IMG/VR virus record: IMGVR_UViG_2816332632_000001
Span: 11,200-75,199 of that record
Strand: one strand, 5' to 3'
Length of the DNA stretch: 64,000 bases
Source: a virus
Taxonomy: Duplodnaviria > Caudoviricetes
The stretch's first letter is position 1. The number at the start of each line of letters is the position of its first letter. The notes under the pieces are model-generated. The model was not told the origin of the DNA, ran no database searches, and saw nothing but the letters and a program-made list of their open reading frames with translations. The position numbers and the translations under genes were made by a program. This document shows positions 40,201 through 49,420 of this stretch, piece by piece.

Positions 40201-41520
40201 ACTTCCAGCCGGGGATGCTCTCGCCGTCGTACCACCGCTGCTCCTTCTCCCAGTGCCGCACGTACCATCCGCTATCCAGGTTCGCTTCCGCTTCCCGCTT
40301 TGTTTCGTACGTCGGCCCCATCTGCGTGCCCTGTTTGTCGACTACGCACCAGCGTGCGCGCGTGCCGTACGGGATGCGCTCAACCGTCCAGGTTTCGGGC
40401 GGGTTTGCGGCGTGCTGCTCGGGTGAGGTGTAGAGGCTCATGCGCTCATCGCCTCCCGGATGCGCTCCGTAACCTCGACGGTGGTGCCCAGCGCGGCGGG
40501 CGTGTTGCCCCAGCGCTGAATGCTGCCGTCGCGGGCGATGGCGAACTCGAACACTTGGCCCTCGTCGGTCGTACCCCAGCCTCGGAGCTCGATCAGGCTG
40601 GCGTCCCGGATGGTGTCCGTGCTCATGCGATGCCCTCCCAGTCGGTCAACTCGTCCGCGAACGCGGAGCGCACCAGGCCGTCAGCGAACCGCATTTCGAA
40701 CATCGGGCCGACCTCCTCGTCAACGCCATCATCGGGGCCGAGTTCGCGCAGCACGGTCACGCGCTCGCCGCTGTGCTCGTTGAGCTCCGGCTCACACGTG
40801 CTCTCGTCCGTGGTGTAGCGCGTGAACGTGGCGACAGCGGGTGTCTGGATGGTGCTCACGCTGCGTTCTCCTTCGGGATGTGGCGTTCAGCCTCGACCGT
40901 GTCGAGCATCCGGGCTAGTTCGGCGGTGGGGATGGTCACGTTGCGCTTGTCGGCTGCCAGGGCTGCCGCGACAGTCTCCGTGACCGTTGCGGCTGGCTTG
41001 CGGCGCTTCACTGCGCGGGGCGTCTCGTAGGCGATGCGGGCCACCTGCGCAATGAGCGCTTCGACCTGCTCACGGCTCACGATCGCCTCACCGTTTTCAT
41101 CCCACTGCATGAGGTCTGCAAGCTCCGTGGGGAGCGCTTCGAGCTTCGCGGGAATGGTGGGCGCGTCCGGCTCGGATACCGGGGCGATGTGTTCGCCCAC
41201 ACGGGCCAGCAGGCGCGCCATGTCGGCGGTCGGGACGCTCACTGTCGCCGCGCCCTTGATCTGCGCTGCGGCGAGCTTGCCAGGGAGCACGTAGCGGGAA
41301 ACGTGCGTGCGCATGAACTCGTCGATGCGGGCGGCGGCGCTCACGCTTTGACCTCCCCGCACCCGTGCTCCGCGGCGGTATCCCAGAGAGCCGCGAGGGT
41401 GTCGTCATGTTCGACATCGCACACTCGCTCTCGGCAGTCGGGGTCCGGGCAGTACAGCGCGAGACTGTCGCTTTCGCCGCTCCAGCGGATTTCGTACCGC
41501 CCTGCAAATTCGTTGCTCAC
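37288..41520 (-). CDS. Run of about 15 small coupled hypothetical genes (37288-37416, 37413-37646, 37643-38065, 38062-38322, 38319-38603, 38629-38793, 38790-38978, 38978-39211, 39427-39759, 39756-40121, 40118-40441, 40438-40626, 40623-40859, 40856-41344)
   Basis: Consecutive ATGA/GTGA overlaps and SD motifs; no recognisable domains. Confidence 0.6.
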
Positions 41521-42107
41521 GCGGCGACCTCCTGCGGGGTGTTCTCGGCGAGCCAGGCGAGCGCTTCACGCTCATTCGCCCACAGCCATTCCGCGACCGG
41601 GTTTCGCACCCAAGTCGTGCCGAACAGTGTCGGCTCCGTCGGGATCAGCGTGTCCGAACCGTTGGCGTGCGTCCCCAGCTTGAATGTGGCCGCGTTGGGG
41701 GCGATGCCGTCGGCGTCGTCATACCCGATTGTGAGCTTGATCTGCGCGAGCTCCTCATCCGTGAGCGTGACCACGAGCAGCCCGGCCGCGTCAACGCTGT
41801 ACCGGTTCGCCAGCGGGTCCGTGTGCAGTTCGGCGGGGGTGAACGCTTCGCCCGCCGTGCGGCGCAGCGACTCGTACACCGTGTTCGGGTTCGTCGTGCC
41901 GAGCCCCTGGATGCCGATCTGACGTTTCGGGATGCCGAGCGCGAACGCTTTGCGGACCTCGACGTCCATGTCCCGGGTCAGGCCGGCGATCCGTGCATCC
42001 AACTCCATTCTGAGCCGGGCGAGGCCGTTCGCCTTCTCGCTGAGCACCCTCTCACGGGTCATGCGGACGTTCGAGAGGGCCATCTTCTGTGTGGCGTCCA
42101 ACTGCAT
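41517..42107 (-). CDS. Putative DNA-binding protein
   Basis: HTH-like GIPKRQIG..GLGTTNPNTVY; operator immediately upstream. Confidence 0.55.
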   Translation of the reverse strand: MQLDATQKMALSNVRMTRERVLSEKANGLARLRMELDARIAGLTRDMDVEVRKAFALGIPKRQIGIQGLGTTNPNTVYESLRRTAGEAFTPAELHTDPLANRYSVDAAGLLVVTLTDEELAQIKLTIGYDDADGIAPNAATFKLGTHANGSDTLIPTEPTLFGTTWVRNPVAEWLWANEREALAWLAENTPQEVAA

Positions 42108-42358
42108 TGAAACTCCATTCTCGGGGGTTTTGCTTGGATTAAGCGTATCGGATGTATCGGAATTTAGCTAGCTAATTTGTACGTATTAGTCAGCAATACG
42201 AACGCTACATCGGGGAAATACGGTGGCTGCTGAAATGTGACTAGCCAGTAAACGCCTAGGAATCAGCGTTCTTGCGAGATCGCTCTCACTTCACTCTTAA
42301 CACTTGACCGTATTTAGTTCTTGTAACTACATACGGGGAATACTGGGGGTGTGGGGTA

Positions 42359-44046
42359 TCAGGCTTTGAGGATGAACCAGTACAGCCACATTGCAGCGCC
42401 GGCGGCAACCGGGATGGTTGTCCCGATCAGGGTGTAGGCGGCGAGTCGTGCAAGCTGCTGGATGCGTCGAGCGCGGATGCGCTGGCGGCGAGTCTTCAAA
42501 CCAAGCTCGCGGTACAGCTTGCCCTCAGTCATGCTCGCGGCAGGGTTGAACGTGCGCGCGTAGTGCTGGCGTTCCGACTCTGTGAGGGCTCGTGAATGGT
42601 CCGGAGCCATCACAATCAGGGCGGCGGTGGTGCTCACTTTCCGCCGCCCGTCCGACGCGCAATGATGGCGGTCTGTAGCGCCCACTGCGCAGTGTTCAGA
42701 GTGTTGAACGCCTCACGGGACGTAAACCCAATGAAACCGTGGTCGGTCAGGAATGCGGGGTGAGCCATTCCGGGGGTGTTCGGGTGAATCACGAACAGTC
42801 GCCACGGCTGATAGGCATCCTTGATGAGGGTGAACGTGGAGCCGACCGGCTCAACGCCGAGCTCCACAGCATTCTTGATCGCCAGGCCGGCCATGTGCTC
42901 GATCTGTGCGCGGGTGTAGTGAGTCAACGGGGGCCACCTTTCTTAGCTTTGCGGCGCCGCTTCATGGCGGCATTGTGGAGTCGTGCACGGTGTTCGGAAC
43001 GCTTGCGGGACTCGTATTCGTACCGGTCGCGCTGGCGGGCAAGCTCGTATTCGTCGGGATTCACTTGACCCTCACCCCTGCTCGGATGATGCCGCTAGTG
43101 GCGCGCGTCCGGATTGCGGGCCGACAGTCGATGAGGTACTTACCCTGCTTGACGGGGCGGAGGTCACTGTGCGGGGTGGACACATGCACGCGCTCCCAGA
43201 GCTGGCCGGGGACTCGGGGCGCAACAGGGGTGAACGCCTCGCACGGGCGCCGGTCGCCCAACCATCCGGTGAGCGCGTTGCGCGCGTCCCGGTCGATACC
43301 GCACGGGCCGTGACCGATCCCGACGGGCTCACCGGCGGCGTTGAAGCTGCCGTGGGACACGCGCTTGTGGCCACAGGTGCAGCGCTGGGCGTCACGGGCT
43401 CGCATTGCCTCATCGTCGATCATTAGTCAGCCTCCACAATCGTCCAGCCGAAAACCTCTAGCACGGCGCTCTCGCGCTCCGCGTTGTAGTCGTCGTACGT
43501 GGCATCCGCGTAGAACTCCTGATAGGTGGCCTGCTCGTTGTCCACGATCAGTTCCGCCGTCCCGAGGTTGAGCTCTGCGGGATCGTTTGGGTAGGACTCG
43601 TGGCCCCAACCCTCGGGATCAGCGACGAAAACCACTGAGCGTCGCTTACCGTTCACGTCCGCGCTGTAGCGGTATGTGCGGAGGTTCATGCGCTCACCTC
43701 CACCTGTCCGACACGGTTACCGTTCAGGTCGCGGATGATGACGCGCAACCCCTCCTCGAGCGTGTCGCGCTCATCCAGGTTTGCGGCGACTTCACGCAGT
43801 GCTCGCGCTACATCGTCGCCCGTCTGCATTGCCGCATTTCCGAGGTTGATTCGGAGGGTGACTGTGCTCATAGCTCTATTCCTTAGTGGCTTAAATGTGA
43901 CCGGATACGGGGCGCTATGCGGCAAACCGGGCGCGGACGCTGGCTTTGTTCCGCTGGGCGGTCCTCCGCTCCATCGTCCGCTCACGGTCCACCCGGCGGC
44001 GGGAAACGTAGGTGGTGTGACGCTCAGTGCTCATCTTGCGTGCCAT
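42359..44046 (-). CDS. Cluster of small early genes (42359-42637, 42634-42927, 43061-43423, 43423-43689, 43686-43871, 43915-44046)
   Basis: Coupled ORFs with SD motifs and relaxed codon bias. Confidence 0.55.
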
Positions 44047-44146
44047 TGTGAATCCTCCATTGAATTCGTTGCTTGACGGTTGGCGTAAATGCCAGGCGCA
44101 CACCGGATAGGTTCGGGCCGAATCCGGGATGCACCCTACATTGGCG

Positions 44147-44815
44147 CTAACGGGTGGGGAGGACAGGCTGCAACAGGCCAGCGAACCGGTCGCCAATGGT
44201 CACACGGACGGGTGCCGTTGTGGCGTAGCGGGAATCGGACGGCTTGCCGAACTCGACGCGGAGGGCGAGCGGGTCACGCTTCGAGTTCCCCAGCTTGTTT
44301 GCGCTCACCGCGAACCGCGCGAGGAAATCGCCATTCAGGTGCAGCGGCGCGGCGTCGACGGCGGGCCTCCAATCGGCGAGGAGTCGACCGACGGGCGGAT
44401 AGTTGCCCTCCATCGCTTTGAACAGTCGGGATGCGAGGGCAACCCCGTCCCCGTCCCGGATGGTGATGGTGTCGGCCGTGATGGTGACCGTGAGAGTGTC
44501 CGTGGAGGTGTACCGGTCCAAGCCGAGCGCTTTCGCGGTCTGCTTGGTCAGCCATTCAGCGGCCTCACGGGGCACAATGACAGGGTCCGTGTCGGGGTGA
44601 ATGAGCGCCCCGTGGGTGTACTGCCCGACGGCGTAACGGTCGGTTGTGGTGAACGCGTCCGGGCCGACATGCACAGCCTGAATGATGGGGGTAACGGCAT
44701 CCTTGGATGCGTGAGGCAGCACAGCGGCGATACCGGCGAACGCATCCGCGTACGGGAACGTGAGCACGTGTGCAAGCTCCGGGGTGGTGGTGGTGGTGGT
44801 GTCAGTGATAGTCAC
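44147..44815 (-). CDS. DNA sliding clamp (DnaN)-like protein, about two domains
   Basis: TDRY and MEGNYPPVGRLL resemble beta-clamp motifs. Confidence 0.6.
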   Translation of the reverse strand: MTITDTTTTTTPELAHVLTFPYADAFAGIAAVLPHASKDAVTPIIQAVHVGPDAFTTTDRYAVGQYTHGALIHPDTDPVIVPREAAEWLTKQTAKALGLDRYTSTDTLTVTITADTITIRDGDGVALASRLFKAMEGNYPPVGRLLADWRPAVDAAPLHLNGDFLARFAVSANKLGNSKRDPLALRVEFGKPSDSRYATTAPVRVTIGDRFAGLLQPVLPTR

Positions 44816-44859
44816 GATTACTCCTGTTGTTAGTGGCTTAAATGCGGGTGGTTAGGTGG

Positions 44860-45285
44860 TTAGTGCTCGCACGTGCGAATGAGGGTGGACAGGCCACCCA
44901 CGGTGACGTAATAGCCGGTCAGGGTGTGGCCCGTGTGCAGGTAGTGGCCACGCGCCTCCCGGCCATTCATGACCGTTTCCCTGGGGTCAAACGGCTTCAC
45001 TGTGGCTGTTGCATCCGTGGTAGCCACGACGAGAACATAGGCAGCGGTAAGGGCATCCTCCATGTCCTCAATGGGCCAACCGCCTACAGCGTGCACGCCG
45101 GGCAGGGTTACCGTGTTGCGGACGTGCGCGATGATATCGGCATCCGTGGCACCATCCTCCGCGTCCTCACTGCTGCGCTGGTCCTCCACCACAAGCGCTA
45201 CCGCCTGTGCATAGGTGATGGGTGCGATATCCATAATGGCCGGTCCTCCCGGGGTAGTGGTGGAGGGCTCATCCCTCAACCTCAT
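44860..45285 (-). CDS. Hypothetical protein, first gene of leftward early operon
   Basis: TAGGAT-6nt-ATG promoter overlapped by operator. Confidence 0.55.
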   Translation of the reverse strand: MRLRDEPSTTTPGGPAIMDIAPITYAQAVALVVEDQRSSEDAEDGATDADIIAHVRNTVTLPGVHAVGGWPIEDMEDALTAAYVLVVATTDATATVKPFDPRETVMNGREARGHYLHTGHTLTGYYVTVGGLSTLIRTCEH

Positions 45286-45556
45286 AGAACCATCCTACCA
45301 AATTAGCTAGTTAAAGTGTAGCGATTAGATAGCTAAATGTACGGTTTTATTACCCCACAATGGGTGACATGAAACGAGCTCGAGCGCGCCGGCATGATGG
45401 CAAGCTCGGGTGCCGGCCGGGGGCATGAGCTCATAGTGTGCCGGGAAACATCCCATATTTTGGTGGCGAATGGGGGTGTTTGCGGGTGCGGCCAGTGCCG
45501 TGAAAATTTTTCGCGATCCGGGCCAAACCTGAATATCCCACCACTACCCTGATGTC

Positions 45557-45742
45557 ATGTCCGACGATCCTCTCCTCAATCCCGTGTGCACCGTGCGGGA
45601 TCTCCAGGCCGCCCTTGCCAGCGTGCCACCTGACACCGAGATTCGAGCGTTCGCAGGCATGGACTCGTCGGTCATCGTCAGCTTTCGGGACGGTCGAGAC
45701 TGGCGCGACCTTGCATACTTCCGGCCCGACGGCGACGACTAG
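45557..45742 (+). CDS. Hypothetical protein
   Basis: Leaderless TACCCT-6nt-ATG. Confidence 0.55.
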   Translation: MSDDPLLNPVCTVRDLQAALASVPPDTEIRAFAGMDSSVIVSFRDGRDWRDLAYFRPDGDD

Positions 45743-45790
45743 CCCGCCCCGAAAGTGGCCCCCGAATCGCGGCTACGCTTGATATGCACC

Positions 45791-45862
45791 CACCGCTTAG
45801 TTCAATGGCAGACACACCGGCGCGCAAGCCGGAGACGGAGCGTTCGATTCGCGCCAGCGGCA
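45791..45862 (+). pseudogene. Degenerate tRNA-like element
   Basis: CCGCT/AGCGG acceptor, AATGGCA D loop, CCGGC-GCGCAA-GCCGG arm with 6-nt loop, TTCGATT T loop. Confidence 0.5.
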
Positions 45863-45870
45863 GGTGACCT

Positions 45871-45943
45871 TGCCCCGTAGCGCAACTGGTAGAGCGCCTG
45901 ATTCTGGATCAGGAGGTTGTTGGTTCGAATCCAGCCGGGGCAG
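45871..45943 (+). tRNA. tRNA-Gln(CUG)
   Basis: Full cloverleaf; CCTGA-TTCTGGA-TCAGG anticodon arm. Confidence 0.92.
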
Positions 45944-45954
45944 CGCAACACCGA

Positions 45955-46027
45955 TGGCCCGTAGCTCAGTTGGTAGAGCATCCGCCTGTTAAGCGGACGG
46001 TCGCAGGATCGAGACCTGCCGGGCCAG
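45955..46027 (+). tRNA. tRNA-Asn(GUU)
   Basis: Full cloverleaf; TCCGC-CTGTTAA-GCGGA; atypical T loop ATCGAGA. Confidence 0.88.
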
Positions 46028-46029
46028 CC

Positions 46030-46251
46030 TCACTGCCCTTCGGCGAGCCGCTGCTCCGCCTGACGCACAGCCAGGTTGCGTGCCGCCTCAGCTTCGATGC
46101 GCTGCGCCTGGATCTGGGCGGCCAGTGCGGCGCGAGCATCGCGCTTCTTCTTCGACTCGAGCGGGATGCCGAGCATTGCGGCGCCGAACACCACCAGGAA
46201 GAAGCCGACGACGAGCACGATGCCAACCACGATGGCGATACCCAGAATCAT
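46030..46251 (-). CDS. Single-TM membrane protein
   Basis: N-terminal hydrophobic helix; leaderless TACGGT-6nt-ATG. Confidence 0.7.
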   Translation of the reverse strand: MILGIAIVVGIVLVVGFFLVVFGAAMLGIPLESKKKRDARAALAAQIQAQRIEAEAARNLAVRQAEQRLAEGQ

Positions 46252-46284
46252 GCTCCAACCGTAGCCGACAGCGCCGACAGGGCT

Positions 46285-46440
46285 CTACTCCCCCGAATCC
46301 GGGGCATCCTCGAGCTCGTTGCGGCCGGCGGCCGCTTGCTCCTTCGACCGCGCCAGCAGTTCAACGTCGATCCGCTCCCAGTCCAGTGGCTTCGGGTAGT
46401 CGCCCTTGAAGCCGTCTGCATTCTCTCGTCCAGTAGGCAT
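46285..46440 (-). CDS. 51-aa acidic protein under a LexA box (putative antirepressor)
   Basis: MPTGRENADGFKGDYPKPLDWERIDVELLARSKEQAAAGRNELEDAPDSGE; TTGAAA-17nt-TATGTT-6nt-ATG. Confidence 0.7.
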   Translation of the reverse strand: MPTGRENADGFKGDYPKPLDWERIDVELLARSKEQAAAGRNELEDAPDSGE

Positions 46441-46442
46441 GT

Positions 46443-46460
46443 ATCGAACATATGTTCGAT
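46443..46460. promoter_or_regulatory. LexA (SOS) box
   Basis: ATCGAACATATGTTCGAT matches actinobacterial TCGAAC-N4-GTTCGA exactly. Confidence 0.88.
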
Positions 46461-46591
46461 TTGCTTCATTTTCAAGCTGGAAAATGTACGGTTATTAGCT
46501 AGCTAATCGGTGGGATTAGCCCACTAATTGCGATAGTGTTGGTGTTGTTCGGGCGTGGAAGCCCAGCAAACACAACGAATTGGAGGATTCA

Positions 46592-46972
46592 TTGACCAAC
46601 TTCAAGCACGGCAAGCGCGTCAGACTCGTGGAGAGTGATCTGCTGCGCATCTATGACATCCCGATGCGCGACGGCAAGTACCGCGTTCGCATCGACTTCG
46701 ACGAGCTCGAACTTCTGGACGTCGTCGACATCCACACGGGCCTCGGCAAGTTCCTGGACTCGAAGGACGCCCTGCCCGTCGCCTACAGCGCCCTCGACCC
46801 CGACGTTCTCGAGGCGACACTGCGCAGCTTCATCTCCGACCTCGACTACGACCTGCACAAGAGCATCGACGAGGACGAGGAGACCAACGAGAACCGCTAC
46901 CCGGAGCAGGTCGAAGCGTTCCTCGCCGCCTACGAGAAGGCCGTCGAGAAGGCTCTGGAGGACGCCGAATGA
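46592..46972 (+). CDS. Hypothetical acidic protein
   Basis: TTG after GGAGG; tandem operators upstream. Confidence 0.65.
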   Translation: MTNFKHGKRVRLVESDLLRIYDIPMRDGKYRVRIDFDELELLDVVDIHTGLGKFLDSKDALPVAYSALDPDVLEATLRSFISDLDYDLHKSIDEDEETNENRYPEQVEAFLAAYEKAVEKALEDAE

Positions 46973-47307
46973 GCGCACTGCCCACGGTACCCGAGTCCAC
47001 CGTCTACCCAGCGAGCGTCGTCTCCGACCCGGATCTTGCGCGGCACCTCGCCCTGCGCGAGAACTCGGACCGCCTCGCAGAAGCGTCGAGGCGAGCAGGG
47101 ATTCTCGCCCGCTTTGAGCGCAAAGAACTAGACCCCGAGACCGTCCGGGGGATCGCGAACTCGACATCCCACTTCCGCGACGTCGCCAACCTCATCATCA
47201 AGGGTACGAAGCCCGGCCGAGAGCAGACTCTCGCGCTCACCGCCCTCGAGGAGGCGAAGTTCTGGACCAACCAGAGCATCGCAATGAACGGGGTGATGTC
47301 CAAGTGA
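46969..47307 (+). CDS. Acb2/Tad1-like helical hairpin protein
   Basis: PGREQTLALTALEEAKFWTNQSIA. Confidence 0.65.
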   Translation: MSALPTVPESTVYPASVVSDPDLARHLALRENSDRLAEASRRAGILARFERKELDPETVRGIANSTSHFRDVANLIIKGTKPGREQTLALTALEEAKFWTNQSIAMNGVMSK

Positions 47308-47783
47308 GCGCCCGCACCAAACTCGCCGCCGCCCAGGAGCAGATCAAGAACCTCCAGGATTCGCTCGCCCAGGAACGCGCGGAGGTCAAGTACCTCCAGG
47401 CCGTCGCCGAGCAGGAGAAGGTCGAGGCGAAGCGGAAGGCGGATACTGCCAAGAGCCTGCACGCGGTTTCGCACGGACTCGGCGGCTACGCAGGGGGTGG
47501 CATCACCTTCACCGCGCCCGACCTGTCGCCCCGAGTGAAGAAGCTGGAGACGCTGCTCAGCGACATCCTCACCCTCGAGCCGCACCTCAAGCACTACCGC
47601 ACCGAGCCGACCGTGACCAGTCCGTGGGGCTCAAACGCCGACTGGGACTACGACCGCGTGCACCGCGCCGCCGAGCACCTGCGCAGCATCGACGCGCTCG
47701 AGTCGGTCGGCTACACGGACGCCGCGCCGCTCCCCGACAACGTGACGCCGCTGTTCCCGCCCGACCGGGACTGCTGCGCGTGA
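47304..47783 (+). CDS. Hypothetical coiled-coil protein
   Basis: GTGA overlap. Confidence 0.6.
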   Translation: MSARTKLAAAQEQIKNLQDSLAQERAEVKYLQAVAEQEKVEAKRKADTAKSLHAVSHGLGGYAGGGITFTAPDLSPRVKKLETLLSDILTLEPHLKHYRTEPTVTSPWGSNADWDYDRVHRAAEHLRSIDALESVGYTDAAPLPDNVTPLFPPDRDCCA

Positions 47784-47824
47784 CGCGCATTAAGCAGCTA
47801 ATCCACCAACCACAAGGAGGCCCC

Positions 47825-48235
47825 ATGAAACTCAGAACCAAGATCGCCACCGCAGTCCTCGCGGCCACCGCCGCCGGATGGGCACTCACCGGCGCGGCGT
47901 GCGCCAGCGACGCCGACACCGCAAGCCAGAACATCGCCACCGCCGCCGAGCAGTTCGAGGTGCAGCGCACCATCGTCGGCATCAACGGCATCACCGGGAA
48001 GACGACCTTCTTCGCTGAGGGACGATGCTCGTTCGAGAACTCGGGTCGGCGCTTCGACGTGACCTGCAAGTACGGCCCGAACGAATACCGCAAGCACGTG
48101 TTCATCATGGGCGACCAGGACTCGGTCTCGGTGACCCAGGAGCACGCGATCGACGTCAGCGTCTACCACACGCGCGTCGTCCTCAAGCCCGAAAGCCTCC
48201 TGCCCGAGTTCGACCTCCAGGTTGGCAAGCAGTGA
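47825..48235 (+). CDS. Phage lipoprotein
   Basis: Signal peptide then Cys; SDADTASQNI..AAEQFEVQR..INGIT family pattern. Confidence 0.75.
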   Translation: MKLRTKIATAVLAATAAGWALTGAACASDADTASQNIATAAEQFEVQRTIVGINGITGKTTFFAEGRCSFENSGRRFDVTCKYGPNEYRKHVFIMGDQDSVSVTQEHAIDVSVYHTRVVLKPESLLPEFDLQVGKQ

Positions 48236-48835
48236 CGACAGCAGCGCAGGCCGCGCAAATCCTCGCCCTCCCCCTCGACCCCGAGGAGAACGACGCCGAA
48301 GCTTCGACTGTCGGAGAGTACCTCGGCGCAATCCTCAAGGCCCTTCTGGTTGAGCAGGAATGCTTCAGCGGGAAGCGCCCGCTCGGCAACTCCGGCTGGG
48401 AGGGGCCGCTCGAGGACGCACTCGACGGGGCTGGCTACGAGTGGTCAGCCCTGCACGCGGCCGCCGTGCTCGGGCTGGGTGGCGAGCGATGAGCGCCACC
48501 CGCCAGGTCGAGCGCCGCGGCGTCGGCTTCCTCACCCTCCTCACCCTGCTGTTCATCGCCCTCAAGCTGCTCGGCGTCATCGCCTGGTCGTGGCTCTGGG
48601 TGCTCTCGCCGCTGTGGATTCCGAGTGTCCTCGTTCTGGTGGCCGCGGTCATTATCCTCGTCGTCTACGTGCTGGTCGGCAAGAAGCGGGGGCGTCGATG
48701 ATCGCGCCCCTGGCCGCCTTCGTTGGCGGGATAGTCGTCGGCGTCATCGTCACCGGCGGCGCCTGGTACGGGTGGTTCATCAGCACCTTCGGCCCGGCAG
48801 ACGAACAGGACATCGACCGGAAGGAGCAGGCATGA
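48232..48835 (+). CDS. Three small genes: 48232-48492, 48489-48701 (membrane, LFIALKL.GVI.WSW.WV.SPLW) and 48698-48835 (membrane)
   Basis: Coupled overlaps; hydrophobic helices. Confidence 0.65.
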
Positions 48836-49308
48836 GCAACGAGCAGGAAATCCTCGACGAGCACCACAACGCCATCGTCAACGGGGCGCTCGACGAGGTG
48901 CAGAACCAGATCGACAAGTGGGGCGTCCAGCACCACCCGGACGGCACCGGCTCCGAGTCGGACAAGAGACTCGCAGATGTCGCGAAAGCGCTCACCGACA
49001 ACGCCGCCAAGCACGGCGGCCTCACCTGGAAGCTGATCCTGGATGAGGAGGTCAAGGAGGCGTTCGCCGAGTCGAACGCGGTCAGTCTCCGCGCCGAACT
49101 CGAACAGGTGGCCGCCGTAGCGATCTCGTGGATTCGCGACCTCGACAACCGCCCGAAGGAGGGTGCTCCTCGGGAGCCGCACTACCGCACCTACGGGCGC
49201 GCGGGCGGAGTCAGTGAGGTCTACATCGCCGCAGACGGGACCGCGAACCTCACCGAGGAACTCCTGCACGATCTCATGATCCGTGCTGGCTTCGAGGAAC
49301 TCGCGTGA
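48832..49308 (+). CDS. MazG-like nucleotide pyrophosphohydrolase
   Basis: KWGVQ, ILDEEVKEA, ELEQVAAVAISWI. Confidence 0.7.
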   Translation: MSNEQEILDEHHNAIVNGALDEVQNQIDKWGVQHHPDGTGSESDKRLADVAKALTDNAAKHGGLTWKLILDEEVKEAFAESNAVSLRAELEQVAAVAISWIRDLDNRPKEGAPREPHYRTYGRAGGVSEVYIAADGTANLTEELLHDLMIRAGFEELA

Positions 49309-49420
49309 TCCACGCAGCCGCCGCACCCACCGGCGAGGAGGTCGGGACGTGCATCGTCCTCCTCCTCGCCCTGGTGGCGCTCGTCTTCCTCAACAACCGA
49401 CCGAAAGGACCGCGACCAGC

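Noticed and set aside
46248-46475. 75-aa ORF in the track spanning the SOS box
   Set aside because: It starts within the -35 element; the leaderless 46440-46285 frame fits the promoter geometry exactly
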